From the NCBI GenBank assembly GCA_018398765.1, contig JAHBMJ010000246.1, positions 1 through 52,586 on the forward strand: a stretch of 52,586 nucleotides of DNA, read 5' to 3'. This DNA comes from Chromera velia. Its lineage: Eukaryota. Numbering within the stretch: position 1 is the stretch's first letter; each line of letters begins with the position of its first letter. Positions 1 through 13,137 of this stretch are shown piece after piece. The translations under genes were made by a program, and so were the position numbers. The notes below the pieces were generated by a model. The model saw only the letters and a program-made list of their open reading frames with translations, searched no databases and was not told where the DNA came from.

Positions 1-401
1 AGCTAAAAGCCACTAAGCATGCAAAAGAATTTATGGATGTAAAGAAAAGGTTGAATAAAGAAATGTTGAGGAGAAACAAATTTTTTTAATAGGCTGAGGA
101 ACCCATTGAAGAAAAAGTTGGGGAAACGAAAAGGAAGACCACAACGCTCATCCATAGATAGGCAGAGTTGACCACGCGAACACACGGAGAATGAAAGGTA
201 TTAATTTTTGTCCACCGTGGAGTAGTATAAGCTAGGCGCGGCGGCCTAGTTCGAGGGGCTTGCGCTTGCAACAGATTGGCCATAACAGACGGACAGGACC
301 TATGCCTAGGCAAGATGTATACTGGCCCGACAAAGGACCAGAGAGACACTAAAGAAGAATGCATATATATACCAAACAATCCCCTGAGCCCACGCATGCA
401 G

Positions 402-516
402 CTGTTGTCCTTTTTGGAGTTTTCCTTTAGTGTGTGCACGCTTGATAACTTAGATTGTAATGAATCTGCGCAGAGCGTCACAATCTTTCTGGTGCCTGCT
501 TGTCGGTCCATCAACG

Positions 517-557
<41 letters not shown>

Positions 558-1530
558 AAGAGAGAAAGAGAGAGAGACTGTATGACATGTGGACGTTTTT
601 TTTTCAAGATCTCATCCCGCACAATGTTTTGTGATTCGGACTGTATGAATACATCAGGACACCCCGCGGTCATTGTGTGCGTCTAGCTGTTGTTTGTATC
701 TCTGCCTGCCCCTGCATGCATGCAGGAAACTCTGATCCAGCAAAGAGACCGAATGCACCCGCTCCCAGGAGACCTGGAGAGGGGCGGGGGGGCTGCCTTT
801 CATCCCCTCCCCTCCTCTCCCCCGTCTCCTCAACCGAGGTCACCCCAAGGAGGGTCTCTCACGGGGGGAGCTGCAGGGAGAATCTCTGCGGCAGCACCGC
901 GTCGCTCCTCCTATGCAGCAGCACCTGTGTCCGCTCAGGAGAGGGGGGGGAAGCTGAGGATCTCAGAGGGCGGGCGGACACGCAGTATCGCTCGTCGGCC
1001 TTCTCGGAGTGCTTGGAGATTTGTGCGCAGATCCAGGTCGAGAGTTGACGTGGCCCCCGCCCCGCATTCCGTCACCACCCAGTCCGCAGTTCAACTAGGG
1101 CGGGCCGACGCCACAGATACCGCCGCGCCCCGAGAGGAGGGGGGAGAGACGGGCCGTGAAAAGGGGGCGGGTGATAGAGCTGCGGGTCCGGGTCTGTCGC
1201 CTGGTGGAGGGGGGCAGGGTGAGGAAGAAGAAGAAGAGGGGGGTGAGTCGGAAAGTCAATCAGAAGGGTCGGTGGTGGAGGCGCTGACGAGGCCATCCAG
1301 GCAAGCGGTGTCACCCCCCGAGGGCCCACAACCTGATCCGAACTCAACGACGAAGTATATCAAGTTTGGCAATGTCAGTTTGTTGGGTTGTTTGATATTG
1401 TAGTCCTACTCGTTCATGCATGGACTTTTGAGTTTGGTACTATGGGTTTCGTCTGTTATCCCTTTTGGAGTTTTCCTTTGGTGTGTGCACGCTTGACAAC
1501 TTAGATTGTAATGAATCTGCGCAGAGCGTC
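402..1530 (+). repeat. 78-bp direct repeat pair (402-479 and 1453-1530), each ending in an intron acceptor-like site (..gcgcag|agcgtc)
   Basis: Near-identical copies of ctgttRtccYttttggagttttccttt...aatctgcgcagagcgtc with a few transitions. Confidence 0.85.
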
Positions 1531-3269
1531 TCTCCGACATCGTGCGGGCCGTTTTGGCCTCGAGCCTTGGTCGGGCCCTGAGCGAGCCTTGGTCGGGCCC
1601 TGAGCACTCGCATGATCCGTAATGAAATTGGGGACTTCATGCTGAAGAAAAGTTTCACGTCCCGAAAGGCGTTGACGAAAGAAGTCCTTGCGGGGTATCG
1701 ACGGCCCATGCAGGTTGGCAGGCAGGCAGCGGGCTCATTTGATGCCTGTATGTACTGCTGTGAGGGAATGTTTGCCTGGCAATATTGTTTTTGTCTGTCC
1801 ATGCTTCGCGTGAGTGATCGGGAAAGTCAGTGAGGGAGTCGAGTGAGCGCTAGAGTGAATTAGAGAGTGAGAGTGAGACTTGGAGTGAGAGGGTGAGCGA
1901 GTGGACGAACAAGGGTGACTGTAAATCAATGAGTGAGTCATGAGATAGAGAAAGTTTGAGTGGGTAAGTGAATGAATAAATACGCGCGTGCGCGCGCGCG
2001 CGTGTGTGTGTGTGTGTGTGTGTGCAGAGGCCCGATTGGGACGTCGGGATGTTCGAATTTGCCCGGCAGTATTCGCCTCTTGGAGATGGTCTCAATAGAG
2101 TCCAGGTATGTCGGTCGGTCAGTCGTTGGATTTTGCTCTGTTACGTGTTTTCGTTCTCTTTCTATATATATACATATATCTATATATATACATATATACA
2201 AACGTATATGTATATACAGATACATACGTATACATATATACATATATGTTTGTCACCTTTTGTCCTGTTTTTATTTGTTTAGCTCGTGTGTTCTGTCTCT
2301 TTCTCTGTTGATTGTACCCTCTTTTTTGCTGTAATCTCTTTCTGTTCCAGTCTGGTTCGTTTCTGTTCTCTCAGAATGAGTGCGTTGATGCTGACTTTTC
2401 TCTCGTGCTGCTCCCGGGTCGCATCTCAGGCGGCAGGAAAGTCGATCGCGAATGAATGTCTGCAAGAGCGGAGGTGCAGGTCAATACGTACGTGTGCATT
2501 TGAAGGGAATGGAGGGGGCGTATCAATGTACTGTCCGACTGAAGGCCTTTTGGGGACTTGTCGATCTTCTGTGTGGGGGTGTGTGCGCCCATCTTTCTTT
2601 TTTATTTGACTTTTTTTTTTCAGGCCCGCACGCTTGTCGTGATTGGAGGGGACGACAAAATGATCTCCCCTCACGATAAGAACAGTCTCTCCAGAAGCCT
2701 CATCACCACAAACGTCAGTGAGTCAGTCAGTCAGCCGGTTAGTCAGTCAGTGAGTATCGCCTGATAGACTGAAGAAGCACAGGTGCCCGCTACCTCCACT
2801 GGCATTTCATTCAAAAGGCCAAACGGTTTCAATGGGTCCTTACAGTGGGTTATTTCGATCATCCACATTTTGTCGAGAGAAAGTGCGGGGTGTGTTTATG
2901 CAGTCACATGCAGAGGTCGTTGAAGAAAGGCAGCAAAAGGGGAGGCCCAACGTGCAATCGCACGCACACACAGATACAGAGGGGGGATGGGGCAAAGAAA
3001 TACAGGCAGCACTCACTGATGGACTCAATGCGAAAGAATGAGTAACATGAATATGCACGCAGCTCTGCTTCGTATATATGTGTGTCAGTATGTATGCATG
3101 CATCCGTTCACGCATGCGAATACCCAGACGCAAAAGTTTATGCCTTGGATCTACATGCATGCAGCTCCAGTTTATGAGGATCGTGATCCCCAAGTGTGGC
3201 CACCTACCTCAAGAGGAGCGTCCGGATGAGTTTGTCTCTGCTGTGGACTCCTCTCTCTTCCTTCTTTGA
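1525..3269 (+). pseudogene. 3' portion of an alpha/beta-hydrolase fold gene; exons ~1525-1713, 2028-2105, 2624-2713, 3165-3269; frameshifted by a 22-bp tandem duplication at 1562-1605
   Basis: GT-AG splicing joins ...GYRRPMQ|RPDWDVGMFEFAR...LNRVQ|ARTLVVIGGDDKMISP...|LQFMRIVIPKCGHLPQEERPDEFV. These match the catalytic-acid strand (TLVIxGxxD) and catalytic-His motif (GHLPQEERP) of alpha/beta hydrolases. The nucleophile motif was not located; it may lie upstream. Confidence 0.75.
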
Positions 3270-3584
3270 ATAGGAAGACGACCTTGCATATGAGGGGAGG
3301 CCTAGGGCTCAGACTTCCTTCTCTAGAAGGGGGACACTGGCAGAGAGGGGGCCGGGAGGTGAGGAGAGTGTACATGCCGGTGCTGCACGGGCAGGGGGGC
3401 CGGCTGTAATGAGAACAAACAGCGGAGACGACGTGGCACCAATACGAGATGTTGAACGATAGCTTAGTTATAAAGGGTGACAGCTGATAAAACAGCCGTT
3501 AACATGATTTTAGCATAAAATATTTGATATGTTATATTCCAGCGATGATTTCGCCTAGCATTCCGCAGTGATATACATGTTGTC

Positions 3585-6500
3585 TATAAGGGGCGTACTA
3601 TAAGGGCTCATAACTTGCACTGCCTTCTAGAACTAAAGACAATCCTTACGATAACGTTCAGAGAGCTCTCATGCACTGTTGGAGGGAGAAGTCCATCGGT
3701 AAGTCTGACAGTCTAACCTCATACGATGACTCTTTGAATCAGGCCCACTCTTATACTTCATCTCTTGATTGCATCACTGTGCATGTATGCTCGTCTATCG
3801 ATCAGTCAGTCTACGTGCGCGCCCGCGAGCCATTCCGTTCTCACGCAGGCCGAGGCCGCTGAGCTAAGCGATACCAATTCTAGTTAAGTCACCTTAAGTG
3901 CCCCATAAGCCTAGACTCCTGGCAATCACCTCACACATGCCCGCCCACCAGACTAACGTCCACGCTTGGTTCAAATGCAAGCATACACCTCACACATGTT
4001 CACTCACAGGGCGGGTGGTTAGGAAAATGTACACAACAAACAATTTCAGACACTCTGACTCATAACTCTTACCTGAGAGTCTCCTTGTGTAGTCTCTGAA
4101 ATACGCATACGCGAGATCAAAGATTAATTGATTAAGTGTTCGCATGCAATGTATCACGAACTTCAAGTCTAAGCATTCATACGTGTAACTTGTCTCAGGG
4201 GATTCATGTGATTTCTGGCTAGACCAATACGATTGGATGCACTCTGTTTCTCTCCCTCTTGTTCCAGATTCTTCCCATCAAGGGTCACTGGATGAATGCA
4301 TTAGGTGCATTGTCTATGCGATCGAAGAATAAGACTTGAGTCATCCTGGTTCTATGGATCGCGATCTTTCCCTTCCTGTGAATAGATACCGAGTAGGTAT
4401 CACACCATGCAGCCTGTCATAAATCTAGAAGGCACACACAATGCGGCCACTACTGTATACACCCTGGGCACTCCCCCCACACAGCGTACACACACTCGGT
4501 GAGAGTATAAAGAAGCTCAACTCTGCATACTCAGAAGACTTAAGACTTTGAAACTCCGTAGCCGACTACCTGCTGACTGAGCAAGGCAATCAACTCAGAG
4601 GTTAACAAGAACACACTTTCCAGCCAGACCGAAAGCAGAGAGCAATTCAAAGCACACACATTCAGAATAAAAGTAAACTGGGGTGCTGCACTGGCTTGCA
4701 TATGGATATCATTTGCAGGGTTTGACTCCCTAACACGAATGACTGAAGCGCCTTCTGCCCGCCGGCTTACAACACACACAACGTGCGCTGTACGCTCACC
4801 CCCAATGCTCCTCACAGCGGCTTCCTGCGATGTGTCAAAACTATCTGAATGACCCTGGTGTTTTCGGCCATCCTGTGATCACCTCTTCCTTCTCTGCTTC
4901 ATACAGCGACCACCTGTCTCTATATAGAGACAGCCCAACCTCACTGCAGAATTTGTACCCCAAACTGCATACCAGATTCAAAAACATGAACACTCGGGCG
5001 ACTCCCTTGATTGAAATCGAGGCGACTCAACCAGAGCACAAGTCGACGCGACCGAAATGTACTACACGCATGCTACTTCACTTGATGTGCAGTCTTCTTC
5101 TGCAGCAAGTGCATGAATACATCCGATCTCACTCGGGCTTCGACCGTCTTGCTCGGGCTTCAACCGTCTCGCTACATCAAGACACCCCATGCTTCGATCA
5201 CAGTTTTTCATTCAGATAGCTCGATCGATTCTTCTCTGACATGTGCCTCTTTTATTAGAATGTTTAGTATCTAGGTTTAGCATGCTCTCTTCTCTTCTCA
5301 GGAATTAAAGAAAAACTAAAATCCATAGATTGACACACCTAACTTCCTGGCACTAAACCAAGCTCTCCGTCTGATGTGAATGGTAATCGCCCGCTGCAAT
5401 TCGAAGACATGCAGCTTACCGCAGCTTGCCCAACTGCGGAGGCAAAGAACTGCACACTCTCTTAAGCAGTCTGACCCAACAGCCAAACACAGTGCATGCC
5501 ACTCTCGAAAACTCTTTAACCAAACATTGGAGATCCGATGTGCCAACCTTCCACCCTTCTTTTCCCTTCTCTCCGTCTCCTTGTTTTTCAGGGTGTCTGT
5601 TTCTCTTTGCTTTGAGTCTCGGAAGTCCATCTCCCCTTCGATCTTTCTTTTTTCTGTATTATCCTCCCACACCCAAACGAATAGAGGGAAAGGTCAGAGA
5701 ACAGATGAAAATAAAACACATTCACCCTCACGACATCACCTTGCCTCCTGTCTCTCTCCCCTTCTTTCAATTTTGCTTTTATTTTCTTTTCTCCCCAACT
5801 ATCTTCAACCCCCATTCATCTTTCATAAATAGAAAAAGAAAACAATCAGAGAGATTCAGAGAGACACACAAATGAGAGACGATAGACAAATGTACCGGCC
5901 ACCACCAACCATCATCATGAGTCTCACCCCATACACACCACCTCCATCTCCCCTCCAAACAAATTCCTCCAAACACAATAGAAACAGAAAAGTTCCAACA
6001 AGCTTCCAAGCCTCCAAGAATCCATCTACGATAATAGCTCCTGTGTCGTGTGCTTCCGTATGATGCAACCGCCATGCTCCCATGGCACTTCTGCGCAGTT
6101 AGAACTTCAAGGCGGCTTGAGACTCCCAGTGATGTCCAATAAATCAGACTGAGCACGAAAGAACCTTCTTCTCAACCAAAAGGTCGCTGCACCTTGATAA
6201 AGCTCCTCTGTTTTAATGTGTACAAGAAAAACACTCCTGCACAGCGGCCAAGAGATCCTGCTTCTCTCTTTGGGGCACTTTCTCCGTGGGCAACAGCGTC
6301 TCTGCTTGATGACGTTATCAGGGGTCAAAGTCAGTCTCCTCAATCTTTTTCCTCACTTTTTCCTGCTTCAAGCTCCAAGTTCTCCTTCACTCCTTCCAGT
6401 AAGGTTCTATGAATACTGCTCTGCTGCCACAAGCGGTAGAAAGCAGAAATACCTCTCAGACCTCTTCAGCTCCTCATCTTCCCTCGCAACGCCACAAAAT

Positions 6501-7045
6501 TCATGATAGAATGAAACAACACAACGGAGCTGAAAACTGTCTGTCAGTGAATCGATCAATCCTATGGCTATCATTGCACAGTGTACTACTCATTTCATTG
6601 AGTGGACAGCCCACGTCTTTACTGAAAGCTCTGATGGATCTCAACAAGCTCCATCACACTGTCTGCCCCTGTGCAACCAAAAGCTCTGCTAAACCACATA
6701 TAAGGGGCATACTATAAGGGCTCATAACTTGCACTGCCTTCTAAAACTAAAGACAATCCTTACAATAATGTCTAGAGAGCTCTCACTGTTGGAGGGAGAA
6801 GTCCATCGGTAAGTCTGACAGTCTAACCTCATACGATAACTCTTTGAATCAGGCCTACTCTTATGCTTGATCTATTGATTGCATCACTGCGCATGCATGC
6901 TCGTTTATCGATCAGTCAGTCTACGCGTGCACCCGCGAGCCATTCTGTTCTCATGCAGGCCGAGGCCGCCGAGCTAAGCGATACCAATTCTAGTTAAGTC
7001 ACCTTAAGTGCCCCACAAGCCCAGACTCCTGGCAATCACCTCATA
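3585..7045 (-). mobile_element. Decayed, non-autonomous LTR retrotransposon (LTRs 3585-3935 and 6699-7045; 5-bp TSD TTGTC)
   Basis: Two ~350-bp direct repeats, with TTGTC at 3580-3584 and 7046-7050. On the minus strand TGGTTTAGCAGAGC (6696-6683) lies 2 nt after the LTR and resembles a tRNA-iMet PBS. The interior has no RT or integrase motifs and no long ORF. Confidence 0.9.
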
Positions 7046-8177
7046 TTGTCTAAACTGGGGGGGGCGGGGAGGCATGCCCCCCCCGCGCCCTTCGGGCATG
7101 CCCCCTCCAGAAGTTTAATATTCAAATGAGGCTGGGGGGGAGCCTAGGTTTTACTTATGCCCCCCCCGGCCGAGAGCGCTACCCCCCCTCTGGCTTACAA
7201 CATTGTGTTGTATACACCCGCACGCGTGCGTCGAAGTGATGTCGAAGTGTTGCACGTGAGTTTGGGATGCGTGCATACATGCAGTCAAATTGTTAGTTTG
7301 TCTGACTTTGCAGGCTCTGTCTGTTTTGGAAGTGAATGGGCTTTAATCTGGAAGTACATTGTCACATCGTGGGCCGCTTAAATTGGGATGAATGAATAGG
7401 TGGATAGAACCTGGTCGAGTCATAACTGGATCGGACTCAGAGTCTACAGTGGATGGAGAAATGGATGGACAGACTGAGTATGAAACAATCGCACTCTTTG
7501 TAGACTTCAATGACATATATCTTTGTCCACTTCAATTTTTTACTAGCTGTTTTAAGTTTCATAAGTGGACCCGGGAAGCCTTAATTTNGGGGGGGGGGGG
7601 GGGTCCAGCATTCTTTCCATTTAATTATTAATAAAACAGATAAGGTGACTGTCGTAGCCCTCACTTTTCAATAGTTTGTCGCGGGGTTTCATACAAGCTT
7701 TGGGTTCAGTTAGATTCAGTTTACCCACATCAGACTCACCACTTGTGTTTATCAAGCGCCCCATGCTTTGCTGGCTGAGGAGACGAGAGCTGTGATTTAT
7801 GCGTGGAACGCGCCTCTGATGGGAAGGGGGGTCTGCAATGGATCTGCCAATTGAATCATTGGCGTGATAGCTCGGTTGTGATAAGGGCTGATGGTCCGAG
7901 AGGCATTGACTGCGTGCAGCAGATGCTGAGCAAGATTTGCTGACATACTTGCCGGAGACAGATAGAAGTCAAGCTTGTTTTTCGTTTCGCAGCAGACTGA
8001 GCCGGTCGGGGGAAGTACAAGGAGTCTTTTCTTCCCTTGTGCACCGACAACTGACTTGGCCAACTCCTTTCTTCACGTGCTTGAGAGCTTGGGAGTGACC
8101 TCTGCGTGAAGTTGGATTGACGGAAAGTCAAGAGGAGGAACAAAACAAGGGACAGGGACACGTTTTCCGGAATCGAA

Positions 8178-9576
8178 ATGATCGGTCAGCTGGTGTGCAC
8201 TACAAAACCAGTGGTAGGGTTTGGACGCCTGCACGTTTGCAATGCTGGTGGATTCGTGCTGTGAGCTTTCGAGTGCTGGGAAATTGTGTTTCTTTCTGTT
8301 CATTCCAAATCAATGCAACCGTCACGCTCCAGAAATCTCTACGACTCACTTTTTTGTCTCCTCACCCTCCCTCTTCCTCTCTCGTTCCTCTTTCCGGTAC
8401 AAACGATTTTTCTGCCCGTGTGTTTGCAGACTCCTCTCTCGGGGCTCTCAAAGCAGAGCTCCGGGTGGAGAATACGGCACAGAGAGTTGAAAATCTCCAA
8501 AGCGTCGCGGCAGCATTGGGCCCTGCAACCACTGTCTCTGACCTGTTGCCGCTGTTGCGAGGTCAGTCAGTGCAGTCGAGATGAGAGGGATCCCGTCTCT
8601 TTTCGTTCGTTCCCTCCGCTTCTCCTCGAAACGCATGCAACAGGTTGGGCAGCACCCAATCCTAAACTGGTTGTGTGGCCGTCCACCAGCGCACTTGTCT
8701 CACCAGCAGATCGATAAGTGGCGCCTTTCCTGATCCGATCCCTTTGGTTTCTGTCCTGTTTCTATGTGTCTTTCACATGTGTTTCGCCCCCCCTCCCTTT
8801 GGCTCTCTCGCAGAGGTTCAAAAGACGACTGAAAAGGAGATTTTGCTTTGTCTCGCGGAGCAGTATGAGGTCCTGACTGATTTCATTGGAGGGGAGGAGA
8901 ACCTGCACATGTTGATCCCGCCTCTCGACAATCTGGTTTCTCGGGAGGAGACGGTGGTCAGGGAGAGGGCAGTACAAAGCATCTGTGCCCTGCTGGAGAA
9001 GTGCAAAACACAGGAAGTGAGGGAGAAGTTGGTCATGCACCACATCTTTCCACTCGTCAAACGACTTTCAAACGGTTGGTCGGCGGTTCAGAAGGATTTT
9101 TGCTCATCCCTAAAGTTCATGGTCGCGGTATGAACTTCTTCCCCCTTGTCACGCAAACGAGGGTTCGAGTTTTCAGGCATTGTCTGCGTGGTCTGACTCC
9201 GAGAGCAGATTTGAAACAAGTGGGGTGGGGATACTTTCTGCCAGCATTGAGGGCTCTTGGCTTCTATGAATGGGCAACTCTTGCCGCCGCACCCTTGCAC
9301 ACTTTCTGGTCGAGTGTCTCTATCCATACGCCTCTCCTACTGTCTCTGTGTGTGTGTCGGTGTAGTTGTGGGTGAAAAAAAGTTAAGGTGGGACAATGAA
9401 TGTGAGAGGAGGCGAAGTTAAAAGAGACAGGGAAAGAAGGAGGTCGAAACAAGAGGTCGACAGGGTTGAAGGAGCTGGGCGACGATGCAGCGACCCGATT
9501 CATATGATCGGTCTCAAGCCAACTGTATTGAAGCACCTCTTCCAGCCCCTTCTTTGTCTGCCGACTTCATTCGTGC

Positions 9577-9614
<38 letters not shown>

Positions 9615-10173
9615 CAACGTGTGTGTGTCTGAAGAGAGAATGCTCATATGTTTGAGACGGTTGGGGGAATATGTGTTTGTGCAGTCGACTGGTTCTCCAG
9701 CAGTGTTGCTGCGAAGGGTCTTGTTGCCCTTTGCTATCGTGACTGTGGGAGTGAAGAGAGGACCGAATTTGCCACGTCAGTTGATTCGACTCGACAGGAA
9801 TGTCTCCTGGGGTTGCACCGACTTTGGATTGTGTGTGTGTACGGTTCTGTATAGGACGCCGCATCAAAGAGCTCCTCAAGCACCTTTTTGCGTCTTTTGA
9901 GAAGGGACCTCATGCATGTGTTATTGTTTGAGAGCAAGCGCTGACCTTTCTCCACAAGTCTCATTGCTTCTCCATTTCGAGGGACACATTCGCCTGCATG
10001 GGGGCCAGTCTGAGAGCGATCATTGATTCTTGTGAGGCAGTCCGGATTTCACAGCACCCCTTTTTATCATGTTTCCGTTTATGTTCGTGTTCGTTGCCCT
10101 TTGCAGTGGCTTGGTCAAACCGCGCGAAGATGAAACGCAGATGGTGCGAATAGCAGCGGTTGACAGCACAAAG
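8178..10173 (+). CDS. PP2A 65-kDa scaffold (A) subunit-like HEAT-repeat gene, N-terminal part; exons ~8178-8184, 8430-8561, 8814-9074, 9685-9775, 10107-10173
   Basis: The spliced product MIDSSLGALKAELRVENTAQRVENLQSVAAALGPATTVSDLLPLLR-EVQKTTEKEILLCLAEQ...LIPPLDNLVSREETVVRERAVQS...IFPLVKRLSN-VDWFSSSVAAKGL...EDETQMVRIAA parallels PP2A-A HEAT repeats 1-5 (EETVVR, PLVKRL, DWF, TPMVR). Exon phases are compatible. Exon 1 and the 3' end are uncertain. Confidence 0.8.
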
Positions 10174-12237
10174 GTGGGTGGGGTGGGGTTGCTGGCTGTC
10201 CTTTCAGCACAAGACGTATCGGTGGTGAGTGAGGAAGGGGTGTGTGTAAAGGCGTCTGTAGAGGGAAAGGCACACGTTTTCTGCCGCTGAAATGCAATCG
10301 TACGGATGCATGCTGGTGACTCTGTGTTTGTCTGCTGTTCTTTGCACGCCGTTTTTCATAGGCAGGTCTCCGGCCGCCCGCGTACTCAACATACCCCTCT
10401 GCAGACTTTCTCCCACATCCCGCCTCAGACGTCCCTTTCTCCATCATGCTTCCCAGTCATCAGCCAGAATCAATTGATCGGGAGCGCCCCGGGCCTGCCA
10501 CCAGTTCCGCTGTCTTGCATGCAGTCAAAGCATGCACCAAAATTTTCCCCCAACCGATCCTTTCCTGCGGCGCGTGCTGCAGGGAGAATCTCGAAAGACA
10601 GGCTTCTTGGAAAAGATGAGGGACCAAGCAATTGGAGCGCTACGTCAATCTTTTGTGTCTCCGAGTTCTCCCCCCCTACGTTCCCGTGTATTTTCATTCT
10701 TTCTCTTCTTTCGGACTTTCGCGTCATGGCTTGTTGTTTGCCTGCCTCTCCACTCTTATTGGAGACTTCCCGATGGCCTCTTGGTCTTTGAATCTGTCCA
10801 ACTCTTCGGTCCTGTCTTGGAAATTTTTTGACTCCGCCTCTTTGGGGAGCAACGCCCATAGTTGGCGGTGTTTTTGATCGGGGGGTCCTTCCTGTCGTTC
10901 CCCCAACGGAGTAACAGTCTATGAACGATAAGGAGACAAGAAAAATCGACAACCTGTCACCCGTCCTGGAAAGCCGCACATAATACCTCTTCTCTTGTTT
11001 TCCTTTTCAGGCCTCCTCCTGTATGCCCTCTCTTGCCCTCAGCTGTTTTCCGCGCCCCGCTCACCCCACCTCCAAGCACATAAGAATTATGATGTTGCGT
11101 ATTCACGCCATAGAATTCTTCCATGCACTCACTCATCGTGCAGGTCTACGACGTCTGTGGTATCCTCTTCTCCCACGAGGACCCGCTACGGGACTATGTG
11201 CGTCTGAAAGGAAAGGAAATCTGTCTGTCTGCATGTCTGGTTTTTGTTTGTCTGTGTCTGAATCTGTGCCTCTCTTCTCTTCATTGGTTTCTGCCTATCC
11301 TTTTGTACGTCTGTATCGTGAAAACAAGTAGAGAGGCCAGGGAAACGGAAAGATGTACAAAGTGTGTCTGTGTCTGTTTCTGCCTTTCTGTCTCGCTGTC
11401 TCTCTGGGTCTGTCTGTTTCAGGAGGTCATTTATCATTCTTTTCTGCCTTCTCTGGGGCCTTGCGTAAGCAGCAGAAAGTCGCCCGTTAATTCAGTGATC
11501 GCGTGAAATCCTGTCGGGAGGGGTAGAGGAAGCCACACAGTCTGTGCATTGGTCTGTCTGTGTTTCAGTGTTTAGCTGCAGAGTTGGATTCAAAAGCAAG
11601 ATTTAAATGCCCCTCGGTCACTTGTGCGTGCGGCTCGTATCCCCCTGCAGATTGCCTCCTCTTCCTGTTCCCCTCAGGTCGAACAGTCCGCGGTCACATC
11701 CTCTCCCTCTCCTTTCAGTGCTTCAGCGGCTTTGACGCAGGGACAGGGAACGGCAGGGCTGCTGGGGGTAAGTGCACGAAGGGGTGAGGAATACTGACAG
11801 AGCGCACGCAGGGTTGCAGGCAGAGAACGTGGCCATGCGGCCGAAGTGATCCAAAAGGTCTGGGAGAAGAAGGCAGTTCGAAACGTGTTGTTCGGGAGAC
11901 TGTCCCCAAATCAAATAGCTCCTCTCGTCATTTGTGTGTTCTGTTTGTGACCATGAACTGCAGTGATGAGGTGTCTCTTTGTGTCGACGGGGTGATGCTT
12001 CTCCGAAAAATGTTTTGTCTCTTCAGCAATCAGACAGCTTTTCTAGTGTCCTGCTGTGAGATTTTGTGCAACGATTCCTGTCCTCTTGCAGGTTGCCTCT
12101 TCTTCGTCTTCGTCTTTCTCTTTCTCTCAGCTCCAGTCTCAAGAGATGGGCCCAACCTGTGGGACAGCTGACGAACTGGATTTGGGAGCCGCTGACCCGC
12201 CTCCTCTGGAGTCCGCGGTTTCCTCTTCTGCCTCTCT

Positions 12238-12792
12238 TTCTTCTTCGATTCCTTCAGGACAGGGAGAAATGAAAGGAAAGGGGGCTTTCTTCTTCGATTC
12301 CTTCAGGACAGGGAGAAATGAAAGGAAAGGGGGCTTTCTTCTTCGATTCCTTCAGGACAGGGAGAAATGAAAGGAAAGGGGGCTTTCTTCTTCGATTCCT
12401 TCAGGACAGGGAGAAATGAAAGGGGGCTTTCTTCTTCGATTCCTTCTGCTTTCTTCTTCGATTCCTTCAGGACAGGGAGAAATGAAAGGGGGCTTTCTTC
12501 TTCGATTCCTTCAGGACAGGGAGAAATGAAAGGAAAGGGGGCTTTCTTCTTCGATTCCTTCAGGACAGGGAGAAATGAAAGGAAAGGGGGCTTTCTTCTT
12601 CGATTCCTTCAGGACAGGGAGAAAGGAAATGAAAGGAAAGGGGGCTTTCTTCTTCGATTCCTTCAGGACAGGGAGAAATGAAAGGAAAGGGGGCTTTCTT
12701 CTTCGATTCCTTCAGGACAGGGAGAAATGAAAGGAAAGGGGGCTTTCTTCTTCGATTCCTTCAGGACAGGGAGAAATGAAAGGAAAGGGGGC
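12238..12792 (+). repeat. 49-bp minisatellite, ~11 units with internal variants
   Basis: Unit ttcttcttcgattccttcaggacagggagaaatgaaaggaaagggggct; cgattcc recurs at 12246, 12295, 12344 and onward. Confidence 0.95.
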
Positions 12793-13137
12793 GCAAGGGC
12801 TAAGGCTAAAGCGGCTGGAGGGAAGAAGAACAAGTGGGCGGACAGACCGGAGACACGAATAAAAGGGGAATTTTCGGAGGGTGAGTCGGTGTGACACTGT
12901 CATACAAGCCCGAAAGCATTGATGGCGGGAGCAACGCAGCTTCATCTCGCAATGTCTGTCCTCATTTCGTGCGCGGCTGTTAAGGGCGCATATAGCCGGC
13001 CGTCAAAGAAACTGATTCAATTTGGAATGCGATTGGTTGTTTTAGAAGTATCGATCCACGGAGACGGATAGCGGTGGCGCTTCGTCGCCACTGTCCTCTG
13101 GTGTTTCACCATCGTTCAATCAATTGTGCGTGCAGTT

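Noticed and set aside
2430..2479. Extra exon of the hydrolase
   Set aside because: Its phase is incompatible, and direct joining of the flanking exons gives the expected LNRVQARTLVVIG motif
4415..4816. Nested solo LTR (TGTCA...TCACA) inside the 3585-7045 element
   Set aside because: LTR-like composition but no clean TSD and no second copy in the window; left unannotated
12238..12792. CRISPR array
   Set aside because: The units are head-to-tail with no unique spacers, there are no cas genes, and the context is eukaryotic
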